Source: Octopus sinensis (lineage: Eukaryota). From it: 64,000 bases of DNA. The notes under the pieces were generated by a model that made no database searches, was not told where the DNA came from, and worked only from the letters and a program-made list of their open reading frames with translations. The DNA lies in contig NC_043004.1 in assembly GCF_006345805.1 (NCBI RefSeq), positions 98,828,001 through 98,892,000 of the forward strand. The letters are read 5' to 3'. Numbering within the stretch: position 1 is the stretch's first letter; every line of letters starts with the position of its first letter. Below, one piece after another: positions 1 to 12,958 of the stretch. The translations under genes and the position numbers were made by a program.

Positions 1-445
1 CGGATGGTGCTCTTGGCACCCTACTAGCATGGGCATAAGTGCCTGTAAGGCGACTCTGGTTACAATCACACTCAAACAATATCATATTTTCTTGTGATGT
101 CATTTGATCTAGTGTCAGCGGATGTGGAACCCACAGAGTAGAAACCTTCATCATGCCAAGTTCACGGTGCAGAATATTTTCAACTCTCTCATAAGATATA
201 CTATTAGCATTGGCTATTTGATCTATAGTCAATCACCTACCATCCACCACCATGTGGTGAACCATCAATATCCTCAGTGGTGGTAGTTGAGGGATGTCCA
301 GACCTTAGAGTGTATTCAAGGCCCTACCATCCCCTCCTAAATTGAACAATCCACTTTTGCACTGTTGATAAAGCTGGAGTATCATCCCCTAATGTGCAAC
401 CATGTCAACATGAATATCCTTAGAGGCTGAACTCTTTTTCTGCAG

Positions 446-535
446 GTACTTGATGACATCGTAATGCCAAATTCTGTCAATTTTCAAGAGAAGTTGCTAC
501 TAGTTACTTTTGAAGTCTTCTCTAAACAGCCAGAT
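446..535 (+). CDS. Candidate internal exon (VLDDIVMPNSVNFQEKLLLVTFEVFSKQPD), unidentified protein
   Basis: Acceptor ctctttttctgcag|G, donor GAT|gttagt, 90 bp open, phase 0 to 0. Confidence 0.35.
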
Positions 536-720
536 GTTAGTTTATCTGAAAAAAAAACAAAAAAACAATGCAGTTTTTAATAACGGCTGCAATTTATGCA
601 TGCAAGATTTCACAGCTCTAGCATCACTTCTTCATAGTCAACCTATCAACCTTTTAGCCCACCCTTGTGTGTATATGTGTGTGTGTGTGCGTGCATGCAC
701 GTGTGCATGTGTGCATGTGC

Positions 721-751
<31 letters not shown>

Positions 752-938
752 ACGGGAAGCTTTATGAAAATAAACAAAAGATGAAGGCAGGTGGAGTACA
801 AACAAACAATTGTATTAGTATGGTGCTCAGGAATAGAAATAAAACAAGTCTTTTACGTTTCGAGCCTACGCTCTTCAACAGAAACAAGGGGAGAAAAAAA
901 AATGCGTGCAGAAGCTAGTGATTCAACATGGCGATCTG

Positions 939-950
<12 letters not shown>
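752..950 (-). mobile_element. (TA)n-embedded Penelope-like terminus with variant hammerhead motif
   Basis: Minus strand CTGTTGA-A-GAGC-GTAG-GCTC-GAAACGTA at ~855-881; same family as 8885-9262. Confidence 0.5.
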
Positions 951-974
<24 letters not shown>

Positions 975-977
975 CTT

Positions 978-1205
978 CTTAATCCTTTTTGCCTCTTGTA
1001 GAGCTTAGGGCCGGTTTCCCAGTTTCCTTGGCATATAGGTTCCCCACCTGGATGGGACGCTGGTCCATCGCAGGTGAGCTGCAAGACACAGGAGGAGAGA
1101 GTGAGAGAAAGTTGTGGCAAAAGATTCAGCAGAAGTTTGCCATTATCTTCTGCCGGAGCTGCATGCAGCTTAGGTGTTTCACTCATAAACACACACATCG
1201 TGAGA
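978..1205 (-). mobile_element. 5'-truncated V-domain-like SINE (family D)
   Basis: Reverse complement matches 47820-48120, including CCTGCGATGGACCAGCGTCCCATCCAGG. Confidence 0.75.
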
Positions 1206-1400
1206 TTCGTATATATATATATATATTCTTTTATTCTGTTATTTTTAATTTGTTTCAGTCATTTGACTGTAGCCATGCTGAACACAGCCTTGCAGGGTTT
1301 TTTAGTTAAAGGAATTTTTATAACATGGTTTCTGTATATGCCACCTTAGTGTCGTGTGCTAATACAGCGATATATAGTACCACGAAACGGTGTAGAAACC

Positions 1401-1629
1401 AAGGTGGCGAGCTGGCAGAAACGTTAGCACGCCGGGCGAAATGCTTAGTGGTATTTCGTCTGCGTTATGTTGTGAGTTCAAATTCCGCCAAGGTCGACTT
1501 TGCTTTTCTTTCTTTTCGGGGTTGATAAAGTACCAGTTACGCACTGGGGTCGATGTAATCGACTTAGTACCTATGTCTGTCCTTGTTTGTCTCCTCTGTG
1601 TTTAGCCTCTTGTGGGTAATAAAGAAATA
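1401..1629 (+). mobile_element. SINE family B monomer
   Basis: Head AAGGTGGCGAGCTGGCAGAA, B-box-like GAGTTCAAATTCC, tail AAAGAAATA; 12-bp TSD GGTGTAGAAACC at 1389-1400 and 1630-1641. Confidence 0.85.
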
Positions 1630-2045
1630 GGTGTAGAAACCAACTATCCCCACTTGATATATTTCCTAATACTCTGCCATCAACTGTAACCAGTCTAAAA
1701 TAACTCTCAATGAACTTATAAGAACTTCTCAACAATTTCCTGTGACTCAATGAACTCACAAATGACACCTTTCAACTTAAGGCGATTTCAAATCTCTCTC
1801 TCTCTCTCATTGGAACATGCTGCTACTTATATGAGCCTTGCTAGCCAAATTCTCACAGGGGCTGTCATAATTCTCACCATAACATGATTCAGCCCCTGTA
1901 CATATTTATTTTCAAGGCTTGGTACTTATTCAATCAGTCTCTTTTTGCCAAACCAGTTGTCAAGCAGTGATGGTGGAGAGGGGGGACCCACAGACAAAAA
2001 GACACACACACCAGGTAATAACATTATTTATCAAAAAATGTTATA

Positions 2046-2452
2046 GGCGCAGGAGTGGCTGTGTGGTAAGTAGCTTGCTAACCAACCACATGGTTCCGGG
2101 TTCAGTCCCACTGTGTGGCATCTTGGGCAAGTGTCTTCTGCTACAGACCCGGGCCGACCAATGCCTTGTGAGTGGATTTGGTAGACGGAAACTGAAAGAA
2201 GCCTGTCGTATATATGTATATATATATGTATGTGTGTGTTTGTGTATCTGTGTTTGTCCCCCTAGCATTGCTTGACAACCGATGCTAGTGTGTTTACGTC
2301 CCCGTCACTTAGCGGTTCGGCAAAAGAGACCGATAGAATAAGTACTGGGCTTACAAAGAATAAGTCTCAGGGTCGATTTGCTAGACTAAAGGCGGTGCTC
2401 CAGCATGGTCGCAGTCAAATGACTGAAACAAGTAAAAGAGTAAAAAAGAGAG
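2046..2452 (+). mobile_element. tRNA-headed CORE-like SINE (family A)
   Basis: A box TGGCTGTGTGG, B box GGTTCAGTCCC, CTTGGGCAAG core, internal (TA)/(TG) tract, (TAAAAGAG)n tail; about 20 copies in the window. Confidence 0.9.
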
Positions 2453-2469
2453 AGGATAAAAATAAACCT

Positions 2470-3400
2470 TCTTTTCTATAATGTTATTCAATAAAACCAC
2501 CTTCAACTTCAACACAAGTTCTATACGAGATCTAAATCATCCACATGCTCGAATCAAGTGGTCCTGGTACATTTTGGACTTTACTCTGACTATGGCAGCT
2601 TACAAAGAATCGTTGATGTTATGGGCATGTTCATTGACCTCTCTCTCAACAGCACTCCACATGCCATAGTCCAGTGGATTGAGATCTGGAGAATTATGAG
2701 GTCAAACGTTAGGAGTTATGTGATCATGAAAATTTTCAGCCATTCATTTCTATGTTTCTAGAACCATGTATGATAATGCGGAGTCTTAGTGAAACACATA
2801 TGGCCTTCCATTGTATACACTGTCTATCCAAGGCTTAATTGTTTCCATGACCTCACTGTAGACAACAGAGTAAATTCTAAGGCCTTATGGAAAGAAGTAA
2901 GGAGGCATCACATGTCCTTCATTGCTGACATCCCCTAAAACCATGACATTTGCAGGAAATTTTGTATGCATAACACTTGGAACTTAAGATGTGTCTGCAC
3001 ATAACCATCTGCCATATTTGATCTTGGTCAAAGTTTTTCTCATTTGAGAAAAACTGAAATCAAATCTTCTTCTGCTGGATTTTTCAATTTGTTTAAGAAA
3101 CTTTTAGCTCTGATGTAGTGATTTTCTTTTGCTCTTTCTGACAAATTGATCTTTCTTCATCCTATAAGTCTTATATCTGATATCTTCATGGACAACATTT
3201 CTGACTGTTCCTTCAAATACATGGAGATCTTTTGCAATTGACCTCATGGAATTCTGGGATTGTAATCAATCATCTGTTGAACTTGCTGGATAAATTCAAG
3301 AGTTCTGATTTCAGAGCATTTAGAATGCTTTTTATGCTTTGATACTGGTGATATGTTTCCATCTTCAGTCTCTAACTCCTTACAAACTTTGTAGACAAAA
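2470..3400 (-). pseudogene. Degenerate Tc1/mariner transposase
   Basis: Minus-strand peptides FSNEKNFDQD, VMVLGDVSNEGHVMPPYFF, GRPYVF, V*PHNSPDLNPLDYGMWSAVERE with stops and frameshifts. Confidence 0.85.
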
Positions 3401-3602
3401 GATCTGGCAACTTTTAAGAATCAGAATATTTCTAAATCGCTATGCTCAGCCTTTATAACCACAATAACAACATGCCTCTTCCTTTCTTGAGCAACCTGAG
3501 AGTCTGCCATTATTATTTTCTGAAAGAAAGATTGTACAGAGTTAGCAAAAGAGGTGACAATGACCCCCCAAAAGGTACGTCTTCAAGTACCTTATGCACC
3601 CA

Positions 3603-3650
<48 letters not shown>

Positions 3651-3746
3651 TTACACAAATAAGGATAAGATCGTTAATTTAAAATAAAACAACGATTTTA
3701 TCAAGTGGCCAGCATGGAAAAAATAACCTTCAAAGGTAATAATTAT

Positions 3747-4043
3747 TAAAATTATAAATTAGGGTATCTACGAGATACCACCATGCTGAAAATAGCAGCC
3801 ATGATCTGGCTCTGAAACCACCTTAATTGTCCATATTGCAAACATGGAGAGAAAACAGAGACAAGATGAAGCTAGTAAAAAATTAGATCTAGAATTATCC
3901 AGTAATTTTTTACTAGCTTCATCTTGTCTCTTTGCTTTCTCTCCGTGTTTGCGATATGGACAATTAAGGTGGTTTTAGAGTTAGACCATGGCTGCTATTT
4001 TCAGCATGGTGGTATCTCATAGATACCCTAATTTATAATTTTA
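3747..4043. repeat. Fold-back inverted repeat, ~140-bp arms with 17-bp spacer, beside (TA)n
   Basis: 3747-3885 is the near-exact reverse complement of 3903-4043. Confidence 0.95.
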
Positions 4044-4306
4044 TATATATATATAAGAAATTAAAAAAGAAAAATACGCACATTACATGGTTACACAACA
4101 TGGAGCAAATTTCTTCTTAAGAAAAAATATATATTCAAATAAATTAAACATTATATCATGAATAGCGACAGCGAAACCGGTCAATACATTAAAAGTGTAC
4201 CATGTAAGTGTGCGTATTTTCCTTTTTTAATTTCTTATATACATTACAACCTACCATGTGGGGACAACCGAAATTCCTCTTTTCTGTTACTACTACTATA
4301 TATATT

Positions 4307-4347
<41 letters not shown>

Positions 4348-4481
4348 CAGGCTTCTTTCTGTTTCCATCTGTGAAATCCACTCACAAGGCTTCAGTCAGC
4401 CCGAAGCTATAGAAGAAGGCACTTACCTAAGGACTAAATCAGTGGGACTGAATGCAGAACCATTGGGAGGCAAGCTAACCA

Positions 4482-4538
<57 letters not shown>

Positions 4539-5320
4539 ACGTGTGTGTGTGTATATACTTATATACAATGGGTTCCTTTGACCAAATGTCCATAAACAGT
4601 TGCTTTGATAGAAGACAAACACTTGCCTAAAATTTCACACGATGCACTTGAAACCAGAACCACATGAACGCGAGGTAAACTTCTTAAACTGCTCAGCACA
4701 GCCATGCCATTCATACATTCATGACCTCGGCCACCACCATTCTTTGCAATCTCTAACAATAAGCGTGGCATTCATTGAAACAAATGATGATTTACAGCGA
4801 ACATTCTAGTAATTTCTTCTGGTGGTCATTTCAGTTCTTAAGTCATTTGTAAATGCACTAAGCTGAAAAGGATATCATTTAAACACAAGTCAGCATAAAT
4901 ATGTGTATATGGTTACTGTATACAGATCTCAATAATCATATTCTGACTATGGCTAGTGATTTATTCCAGCCATTTTCCCGAGAAAGGTCCTCAGCAAATT
5001 ACTTTGGTGACATTAAATAAAAGTTATTGTTCATGATTGTGATGGCCACATTTCTATATCTGTGGCTGGCTGGTTGGTTGGTTGGTTGGTTGGTTGGTTG
5101 GTTGGGTTCTCGTTATGTGTGTGTTTGCATGTGCGTATTTAAATATCAATTTGTGAATGACATTAAGCATACATGTGTATGTACGCATACAAGACCTCAC
5201 GGATAACTTCTACTCGTAGGTATACAGAAACATACGCATATTCATAAGCATGTAGTATACAGGAATAATAATATATTGAGACAAATATACATATAGATAA
5301 CACACTCACAGACATACACA

Positions 5321-5371
<51 letters not shown>

Positions 5372-6056
5372 TATATGTATATATATATATGTATATATAT
5401 ATATGTATATATATATATGTATATATATATATGTATATTATATATGTATATATGTATTTATGTATATATATATATATATTATATATATATATATGTAGGT
5501 AGATAGATATATAGATATACATGCACATATATAGATATACATATATATATATAAATATATGCACACACATACACTCACTCACACACACGCACACACACAC
5601 ACTCATAAACATATGCAAATTTGGATACACACGACAGAAATATGGGAGGTAACTAAACAAGAATGAGATGGAAAGTATTGGTGAAGTTAAATTATATGTA
5701 TGGTTGGTTAGTTAACAAATCTACATTGCACTCATGAGTCCATGGGTTCAAATCCATTGGGCGACGTATCTGTATTACACACTCGAATTGATCCAACCCT
5801 TGTGAGCAGAATTCGGCACTCCTTTGGATGAACAATACCTATGATTCAAAGGGCCAGCTTTGTCACACTTTGCCACACCAATACAGCTTCATTAAGGATC
5901 TAACTGTATGAGGAGTACTCAGACACTTATACCTATTATTAAATGAGTAAGTGGTTCAGTTGATTGAATAAATGAAATACTCATGGAAATTAATTTCTAT
6001 ATATGATGGAGGGCAAACACAAGCACAAACAAACACACACACACATACACACACAA

Positions 6057-6087
<31 letters not shown>

Positions 6088-6883
6088 CATACACACACAC
6101 ATATACATGATGGTTTTCTCTCCATTTCCATCTACCAAATCCATTCACAAGGATTTGGTCAGCCTGTGGCAAAGTAGAAGACACCTGCCCAAGGTGCTAT
6201 GCAGTGGAACTGAACCTGAAATCATGTGAATGGGATGCATATAAGACCACCTTAGTAGCTGTTACATGCCAGCCTACAGGATATTCCAAGACTGGGTAAA
6301 CATGTGGAACTGTGCCATTGTATAAGTTTAATATAAGGATAATTTAAGATGAAGATGGAAATATCAGGATTTGATAGCTTGTTGTGATTTGCTATTAAAG
6401 CCTTCTATTTTTCATCCCCATGTTATATCATTCTTTGATATATATATATATATAACAGTTCTCTCTGTAGGAATGTGTTACTCTATAACTCACGTGGGTG
6501 GAAGTGGGAGGAATGCAAAGCCTCATTTGTACTTTTTGAATTCGTTAGTACTAGCAGTTGAAGATGGTTTGTCTGGGATTACTCATATCAGATGGGTATG
6601 TTCGATTTTTAGTGCTCTCAAATCCAAATCAAAAGAAATCTTTGAGCTGACGAAGGAAATGTTGATCTTTAAATTCAACTAATCCAGAAACGGCTGTTCT
6701 CAAGTAATCTTATGTACGTGTGATCTTTCGTTATTTTTCCCTCTATACCTGTGTGAATTATTTTTGAGTATGCATTGTCTGGGAGATTTTTCTTATAGTA
6801 GAAGAAATAGCTAAGATTTTTGGCTGCTATTTCTAAAAGTTCGGTGTGTGGTAAAGTAAATTATTTTACTGATTATATAACCT

Positions 6884-6915
<32 letters not shown>

Positions 6916-7052
6916 TTACACAGATGACCATACATAATCTAATCTAAAGAGACTGGTGTCTTTAAGACTTTTATTATTTAGTAAAATTTACAAAAAGTGT
7001 ACAGTAAACTTTCTGTGAAGAATGGAAAACCCAATGATTTTCTCATTTACAG

Positions 7053-7120
7053 GATGTTAATCTCCTCTGTCTCTCAAGCTAACTTTCTGGCAACTTTTCC
7101 CCAAAGAAAGACTCTCAGGG
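7053..7120 (+). CDS. Candidate exon (xMLISSVSQANFLATFPQRKTLRx)
   Basis: Acceptor ttttctcatttacag|G, donor GGG|gtaagt, one open frame, phase 2 to 1. Confidence 0.4.
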
Positions 7121-7381
7121 GTAAGTTCACTGTACTCTTTTAAATGATTATTATTATTATTATTATTAAGGTGGTAAGCTGGCAGAATCTCTAGTGCACC
7201 AACCAAAGTGCTTAGTGGCACTTCGTCCATCCTTATGCTTTGAGTTCAAATTCTGCTGCGGTCAACTTTGCCTTTCATCCTTTCAGAGTTAATGAAATAA
7301 GTACCAGTTATATACAGGGGTGTATGTCATTGACTAGCCCTGTCCCCAAAATTTCAGGCTTTTGTGCCTATAGTAGAAAGG

Positions 7382-7434
<53 letters not shown>

Positions 7435-7613
7435 CATTTAAAAATAGTTTGTTTGGGCTCCATGCAACTTTAAGTTTCACAGGCCACATAGATGTAACTC
7501 TTATCAAACTGTTTTAAATAATAATACATGTAACTTCTACAAAATCTGTTGAATACCATTGTCCTTCATTTGTTCACTCCCTTGTATATACACACACACA
7601 CACAAGCACACAC

Positions 7614-7657
<44 letters not shown>

Positions 7658-7810
7658 TCTTTCAGTTTGTCTATGGAAACGTTTAGAATATGCATATATA
7701 AGATCCTCTCTTATTATGTTGTCTACAGCCCAATGACACCAACTGTCAATAACAGTTTTTTGGGGTTGCACCAAGCTGTGCCAATAGAATGTTGAATAAA
7801 TATAATGATG

Positions 7811-7858
<48 letters not shown>

Positions 7859-8013
7859 TAATAATAATAATAACAATAATAATAATAATAATAATAATAA
7901 TTCATGGATGGAATTTATAAATATTTTAATGCATGTAGTGATGCATTAAGATATAGCATTAAAACACTTATAAATTCTATCCATGCATTATTTTTATTAT
8001 TATTATTATTACT

Positions 8014-8059
<46 letters not shown>

Positions 8060-8258
8060 GGTGAATGAATTATCCTATGTTTATCGTCAGCATGGAAAAT
8101 TCGTTTAAGCGAAACCTAGGTAGCAAATTCACGTCGGAAACACGGTTGAAGCAACCTGTCAAGGGTAGAAACTCCGGGTTCATGTGCAGAAATTTGTGTG
8201 TTGTATATGAATAAATGAAAGAAGGGAGTCGAACGAAGATGTTAACAAAATTCCTTTA

Positions 8259-8340
8259 CTCTCGACACATATTTCGAAGACAGCATGTTTTCATTCCAAA
8301 GGAATAAAGGGTGCATTATGCAATCTTCTCATCAGGAAAG
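8259..8340 (-). ncRNA. Mirror hammerhead motif in the left arm
   Basis: Same fold on the minus strand with GAAAU-AUGU-GUC. Confidence 0.6.
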
Positions 8341-8375
8341 AAATTTTTGTCTTGTTGTCGAAAGGGGCTCCCATT

Positions 8376-8457
8376 CTTTCCTGATGAGAAGATTGCATAA
8401 TGCACCCTTTATTCCTTTGGAATGAAAACATGCTGTCTTCGAAACATGTGTCGAGAG
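8376..8457 (+). ncRNA. Type I hammerhead ribozyme motif
   Basis: Helix I CUUUC/GAGAG, core CUGAUGA (8381-8387), stem II GAAGA/UCUUC with inserted hairpins, GAAAC-AUGU-GUC, predicted cleavage after C8452. Confidence 0.7.
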
Positions 8458-8499
8458 TAAAGGAATTTTGTTAACATCTTCGTTCGACTCCATTCTTTC

Positions 8500-8548
<49 letters not shown>

Positions 8549-8884
8549 ATATATGTGTATTTATATATATGTATATATATATATATATGTGTATTTATAT
8601 ATATGTATATATATATATTATATATATATATATAATATATATATATATATATGTGTGTGTGTGTATATATGTATGTATATATATGAAAGCAACGAAAATA
8701 GCCAGTAAGATCCATGGAGGTAGAGTCCAAAATAGTACAAAGATCTAGTGGTAATCTAGGTGGAGTGCAGGTTATGTGGATGTGGAGAGGTATTGATAGT
8801 TCGAGAAGTAGTTTAGATGAAAGGCCAAGAGAGTAGGAAGTTCAGTCAAGCAGGATCAAACTGGGGTAACCACATGAGCATATA

Positions 8885-9262
8885 ATATATAGTTCAAATT
8901 TACAGAAAACAAAAGATAAAGACAAGTGTAGGAACAACAAGCAATTGTATTAGTTTAAAACTCAGAAAGAATGGCAAAGTCTCTAATGCTTCGAGCGTAT
9001 GCTCTTCAGCAGAAAGGATTAAGAGGAAAAACTGAAAAGAAAATATGTGCAGAGTTTAACAGTCCAACATCTTGTTACATTGCACTTTTTCTCTCTCTGA
9101 TTTTTCTTTCTCTCTCCATGTATTTTGTTCTTAATCCTTTCTGTCAAAGAGCATAGGCTCAAAACATAAAAACCTTTTTCATTCTTCCTGAGCATTAAAT
9201 TAATACAATTGCTTCGTGTTCTTATATCTGTTTTCAACTTTGTTTTCTGTAAATTTGAACCA
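8885..9262. mobile_element. Inverted pair of Penelope-like termini (family of 752-950)
   Basis: TTCAAATTTACAGAAAACAAA near 8893 versus its reverse complement near 9240-9259; degenerate GAGC..GCTC-GAAA motifs in both arms. Confidence 0.6.
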
Positions 9263-11104
9263 TGTATATCACAGGCTGCTTTCAGCTTCCATCTACCAAA
9301 TACAGTCTCAAGGCATCGGTCAATTTTGAGCAAGTATCTTCACCTAAAGTCTGAGGTTACAGATGAAGATGCTAACTCAAAGTGCCATATAATAGGATTG
9401 ATCCAGAAATCATGTGGCTGTAAAGCAAATTTCTTACATACACTTGTGCACACACACACATACACTCAAATTTATGCATGCATTTACACACATATGCACA
9501 GACACATACAAAGAGACACACAGCAAAGAGTAGGCAGAGATACAACTGAAAATATATAGAAACTCAGTACCCATTGACAGGCATATGACCATTTGTTGTC
9601 ATAGCAACGAAATTTCATTGACTCTTTCATATATAACATATTAACTGGTCGTTTGACACTCTTTCTACTAAACTTCTTACGCCCAACCTGTATAATTACA
9701 TTCTCTAATCTTCACACAGCTTCCCTCCTTTTACATGCATACACACATATAATATAAACATATGTATGTATGTATGTATGTATGCATGCATGTATGTATG
9801 TATGTATTATGTATGTAATGTGTGGTATGTATGTATGTGTTGTGTAGTTATGTAGTGTGTATTGTGTTTGTGTGTATGTGTGTATGTATGTGGTGTATGT
9901 ATGTATGCATGTATGTATGTATTATGTTGTGTGTGTATGTATGTTGTGTATGTATGTATGTATGTATGTTATGTATGTAATGTATGTATGATGTATGTAT
10001 GTATGTACGTGTGTATGTATGTATGTATGTATCTATTCATTGATCTTTCTCTCTCTCTCTCTCTCTCTCTCTTTGTATATATAAGTATGTGTGTGTGTAC
10101 ATATATACGAAATGACAATGTACCGAGATGTCTGGCAATATGAGCTTCTAGAGAAGACCCGCCCACATCAGCAAAACTGAGTTTTAGAAATGTTGTGTTC
10201 CATGGACATGTATCAATAACATTTTTTCCCACCCTACCCTAACAAACCAAACTACACCTCTCCCAAACTGCATCTCTTCCCTTCCTCACATTTCCTCTTC
10301 ATACATTATGATTATCTCCCACTCCCAAATCTTGTCCTCACTACTCTGCTCACTGTATCATTGCTTCCCCCACCCCCTATATTTACCTAGGTCCTCATCG
10401 GTAACAGCATTCCCCACCCTCACTCCTAACTCACACCTCTTGGCTATACCTCACCATGTATATTACGACCTCTATATTTTGGGGATATGTCCTGGCACCT
10501 ACCACCATTTACTTCTATCTTGCTTACTCTACCATCCCATCTATGTTCTGATCCCCATTCCTTATGAGTATACCCCGGCACCTTACTGCCATCTCCTTCC
10601 TGCTCTCTCTATGGCACTCTTGCTGCCTCCCACTCTCTCTCTCTCTTTTTCCTTGCTCTTCCCTCTGGCTGCATAACCATGTATCTCCTCTACAGCAGGA
10701 ACACACCTGTTTCTGCCCTCATTCTTGATAACTCTCTCTCTTGCCTTCTTTCTCCCTCTTTCTCTCCCTCTCTCTCCCCCTCTCTCTTCTCTCTCTTACT
10801 GTCTTTGGCTGGGTAACCATGTGCCTCCTCTACAGCAAGACACCTGTTTCTCTCTCTGTCACACTTTAACCATTCATCATCTGACACAAGATCACTTCCT
10901 CCAATGCTCCTTCCTCTCTCTCAAAGATTCCTTCTCTTGCAAAGATACTTGGTAACCCTACCAGTGCTGGTGCCTCTTAAAAAGCATTCAGTCCACACTG
11001 TAAAGTGGTTGGCATTTGGAAGGGCATCCAACTGTAAAACCCATGCCACAACTGACCTCACCTTTGGTTGTGCCACATAAAAAAAGCACTGTCCACTCTG
11101 CGGG

Positions 11105-11420
11105 GTATTCTATTGGTCTCTTTTACCGAACTGCTAAGTTACGGGGATGTAAACACACCACCATCGGTTGTCAAGCGATGTTGAGGGAACAAACACAGAC
11201 ACACAAACATATACACACACATACACATATATACACATATATACATATATATACATATATACGACGGGTTTCTTTCAGTTTCTGTCTAACAAATCCACTC
11301 ACAAGGCTTTAGTAGACCCGAGGATAGTAAAAGACTTGCCCAAAGTGCCACTCAGTGGGACTGAACCTGGAACCATGTGTTTGGTAAGCAAGCTACTTAC
11401 CATACAGCCACTCCTGCGCC
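11105..11420 (-). mobile_element. SINE family A (3' part missing)
   Basis: Matches other family A copies. Confidence 0.85.
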
Positions 11421-11805
11421 TATATATATATATATGTATGTATACATGTATGTATGTGTGTAGGTGTATAAGTACAAACATATGTACACACGTGCATGCA
11501 CACACACATACACAACAGGCTGCTTTCAGTGTCCATCTACAAAGTCTACTGATGAACCAGAGACTATAGTAGAAGACAAGTGCCCGAGGTGCCATGTAGT
11601 GGGCCTGAACCTGTAATCCATGTGGTTGGGAAGCAATGTTCTTACCACACAGCTACTTATTTAAACAAGTGTAATTAAAATGCATATAATATTTGCTGTT
11701 TCTACTTGTCCTAGAATCCATTATGTATCCCTATGCTTAAGAAGCAGCAGCTGAATATTTGTGCAGTATTTCAAAGTGTATATATGTATTTATTACATAT
11801 ATACA

Positions 11806-12180
11806 AAATCAAAATCAAAATCAAAATCGATCAGCATCAATGGAAATTGTAGCTGTGATACTAGTGCCAGTGGCACATAAGAGAACCATCCGAACGTGGC
11901 CGTTGCCAGCGCTGCCCTGACTGGCCTCCGTGCCGGTGGCACGTAAAAAGCTCCCTCCGATTGTGGCCATTGCCAGCCTCATCTGGCCCCTGTGCAGGTG
12001 GCACGTAAAAAGCACCCACTACACTCACGGAGTGGTTGGCGTTAGGAAGGGCATCCAGCTCTAGAAACACTGCCAGATCAGACTTGGCCTGGCATAGCCT
12101 ACTGGCTTCCCAGACCCCAGTTGAACCGTCCAACCCATGCTAGCATGGAAAACAAATGTTAAACGATGATGATGATGATC
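11806..12180 (+). mobile_element. Family C retro-element with internal ~67-bp repeats and (GAT)n tail
   Basis: GGCACGTAAAAAGCACC repeats, GTTAGGAAGGGCATCCAGC, tail GTTAAACGATGATGATG; further copies at 13206, 26045, 33167, 36640, 53405(-), 56745, 63745. Confidence 0.85.
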
Positions 12181-12326
12181 ACATATGGGATCTACCATCC
12201 TTTTGGTACAAAATATAGCAGATAGCTTTAAACCAGTCAACGAAGCAATGATTTACCTCCAATCATATCAAAATTATGTGATCTGACCTGTGTCAACTTG
12301 GGAGGGTCGTTATGCCAATAATGAAC

Positions 12327-12612
12327 GTATACTCTTTACTCTTTTACTCTTTTACTTGTTTCAGTCATTTGACTGTGGCCATGCTGGAGCACCACCTTTA
12401 GTTGAGCAAATCGACCCCGGGACTTATTCTTTGTAAGCCAAGTACTTATTCTATCGGTCTCTTTTGCCGAACCGCTAAGTGACGGGGACGTAAACACACC
12501 AGCATCAGTTGTCAAGCAATGCTAGGGAGACAAACAGACACACACACATACATATATATATACATATATACGACAGGCTTCTTTCAGTTTCCGTCTGCCA
12601 AATCCACTCACA
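12327..12612 (-). mobile_element. SINE family A, 5'-truncated
   Basis: Tail and body match, head absent. Confidence 0.85.
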
Positions 12613-12636
12613 GGGCATTGTACAAGTTAAATTAAC

Positions 12637-12958
12637 ATCTTTATTATTCTTTAATTGGTTAACTCTTTAATCAACTCACTAATCAATTTTTAATATCAGC
12701 ATTTGATGAATCAACAATCAATTACGCTTGCCAAAGTTCTTTTTTTTTTTACCATTTGTGACTTCTTCAATGATCTGCCCTCTCATCTCCTAGTCAGTTT
12801 CAGAGTAAAGAGAGCATGTTATTGAAGAGCTCAAGAATTCAACGAACAGACTTTGATAAACATAACAGATTGATTGATGAACCAAATGTTGATTCAAAAA
12901 ATTGATTAGTTAATTGATGAAATAGTTAACCAATTAACAAATAATACAGAAGTGAAAT
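12637..12958. repeat. Degenerate inverted repeat / MITE-like element (~110-bp arms)
   Basis: TTAATTGGTTAACT...AATCAATTTT versus AAAAATTGATT...AGTTAACCAATTAA. Confidence 0.7.

Larger units (their letters stand above)
8211..8504. repeat. Fold-back inverted repeat, ~130-bp arms, between (TA)n tracts
   Basis: 8211-8342 is the reverse complement of 8374-8504 with few mismatches. Confidence 0.95.

Noticed and set aside
2041-2268. Recurrent ORF ..PKMPRSGTEPGTMWLVSKLLTTQPLL seen many times
   Set aside because: Antisense reading of the SINE A tRNA head; not a protein family
6371-6682. 103-aa non-repetitive ORF
   Set aside because: No recognisable motif; possible splice sites give conflicting phases with the 7053 candidate
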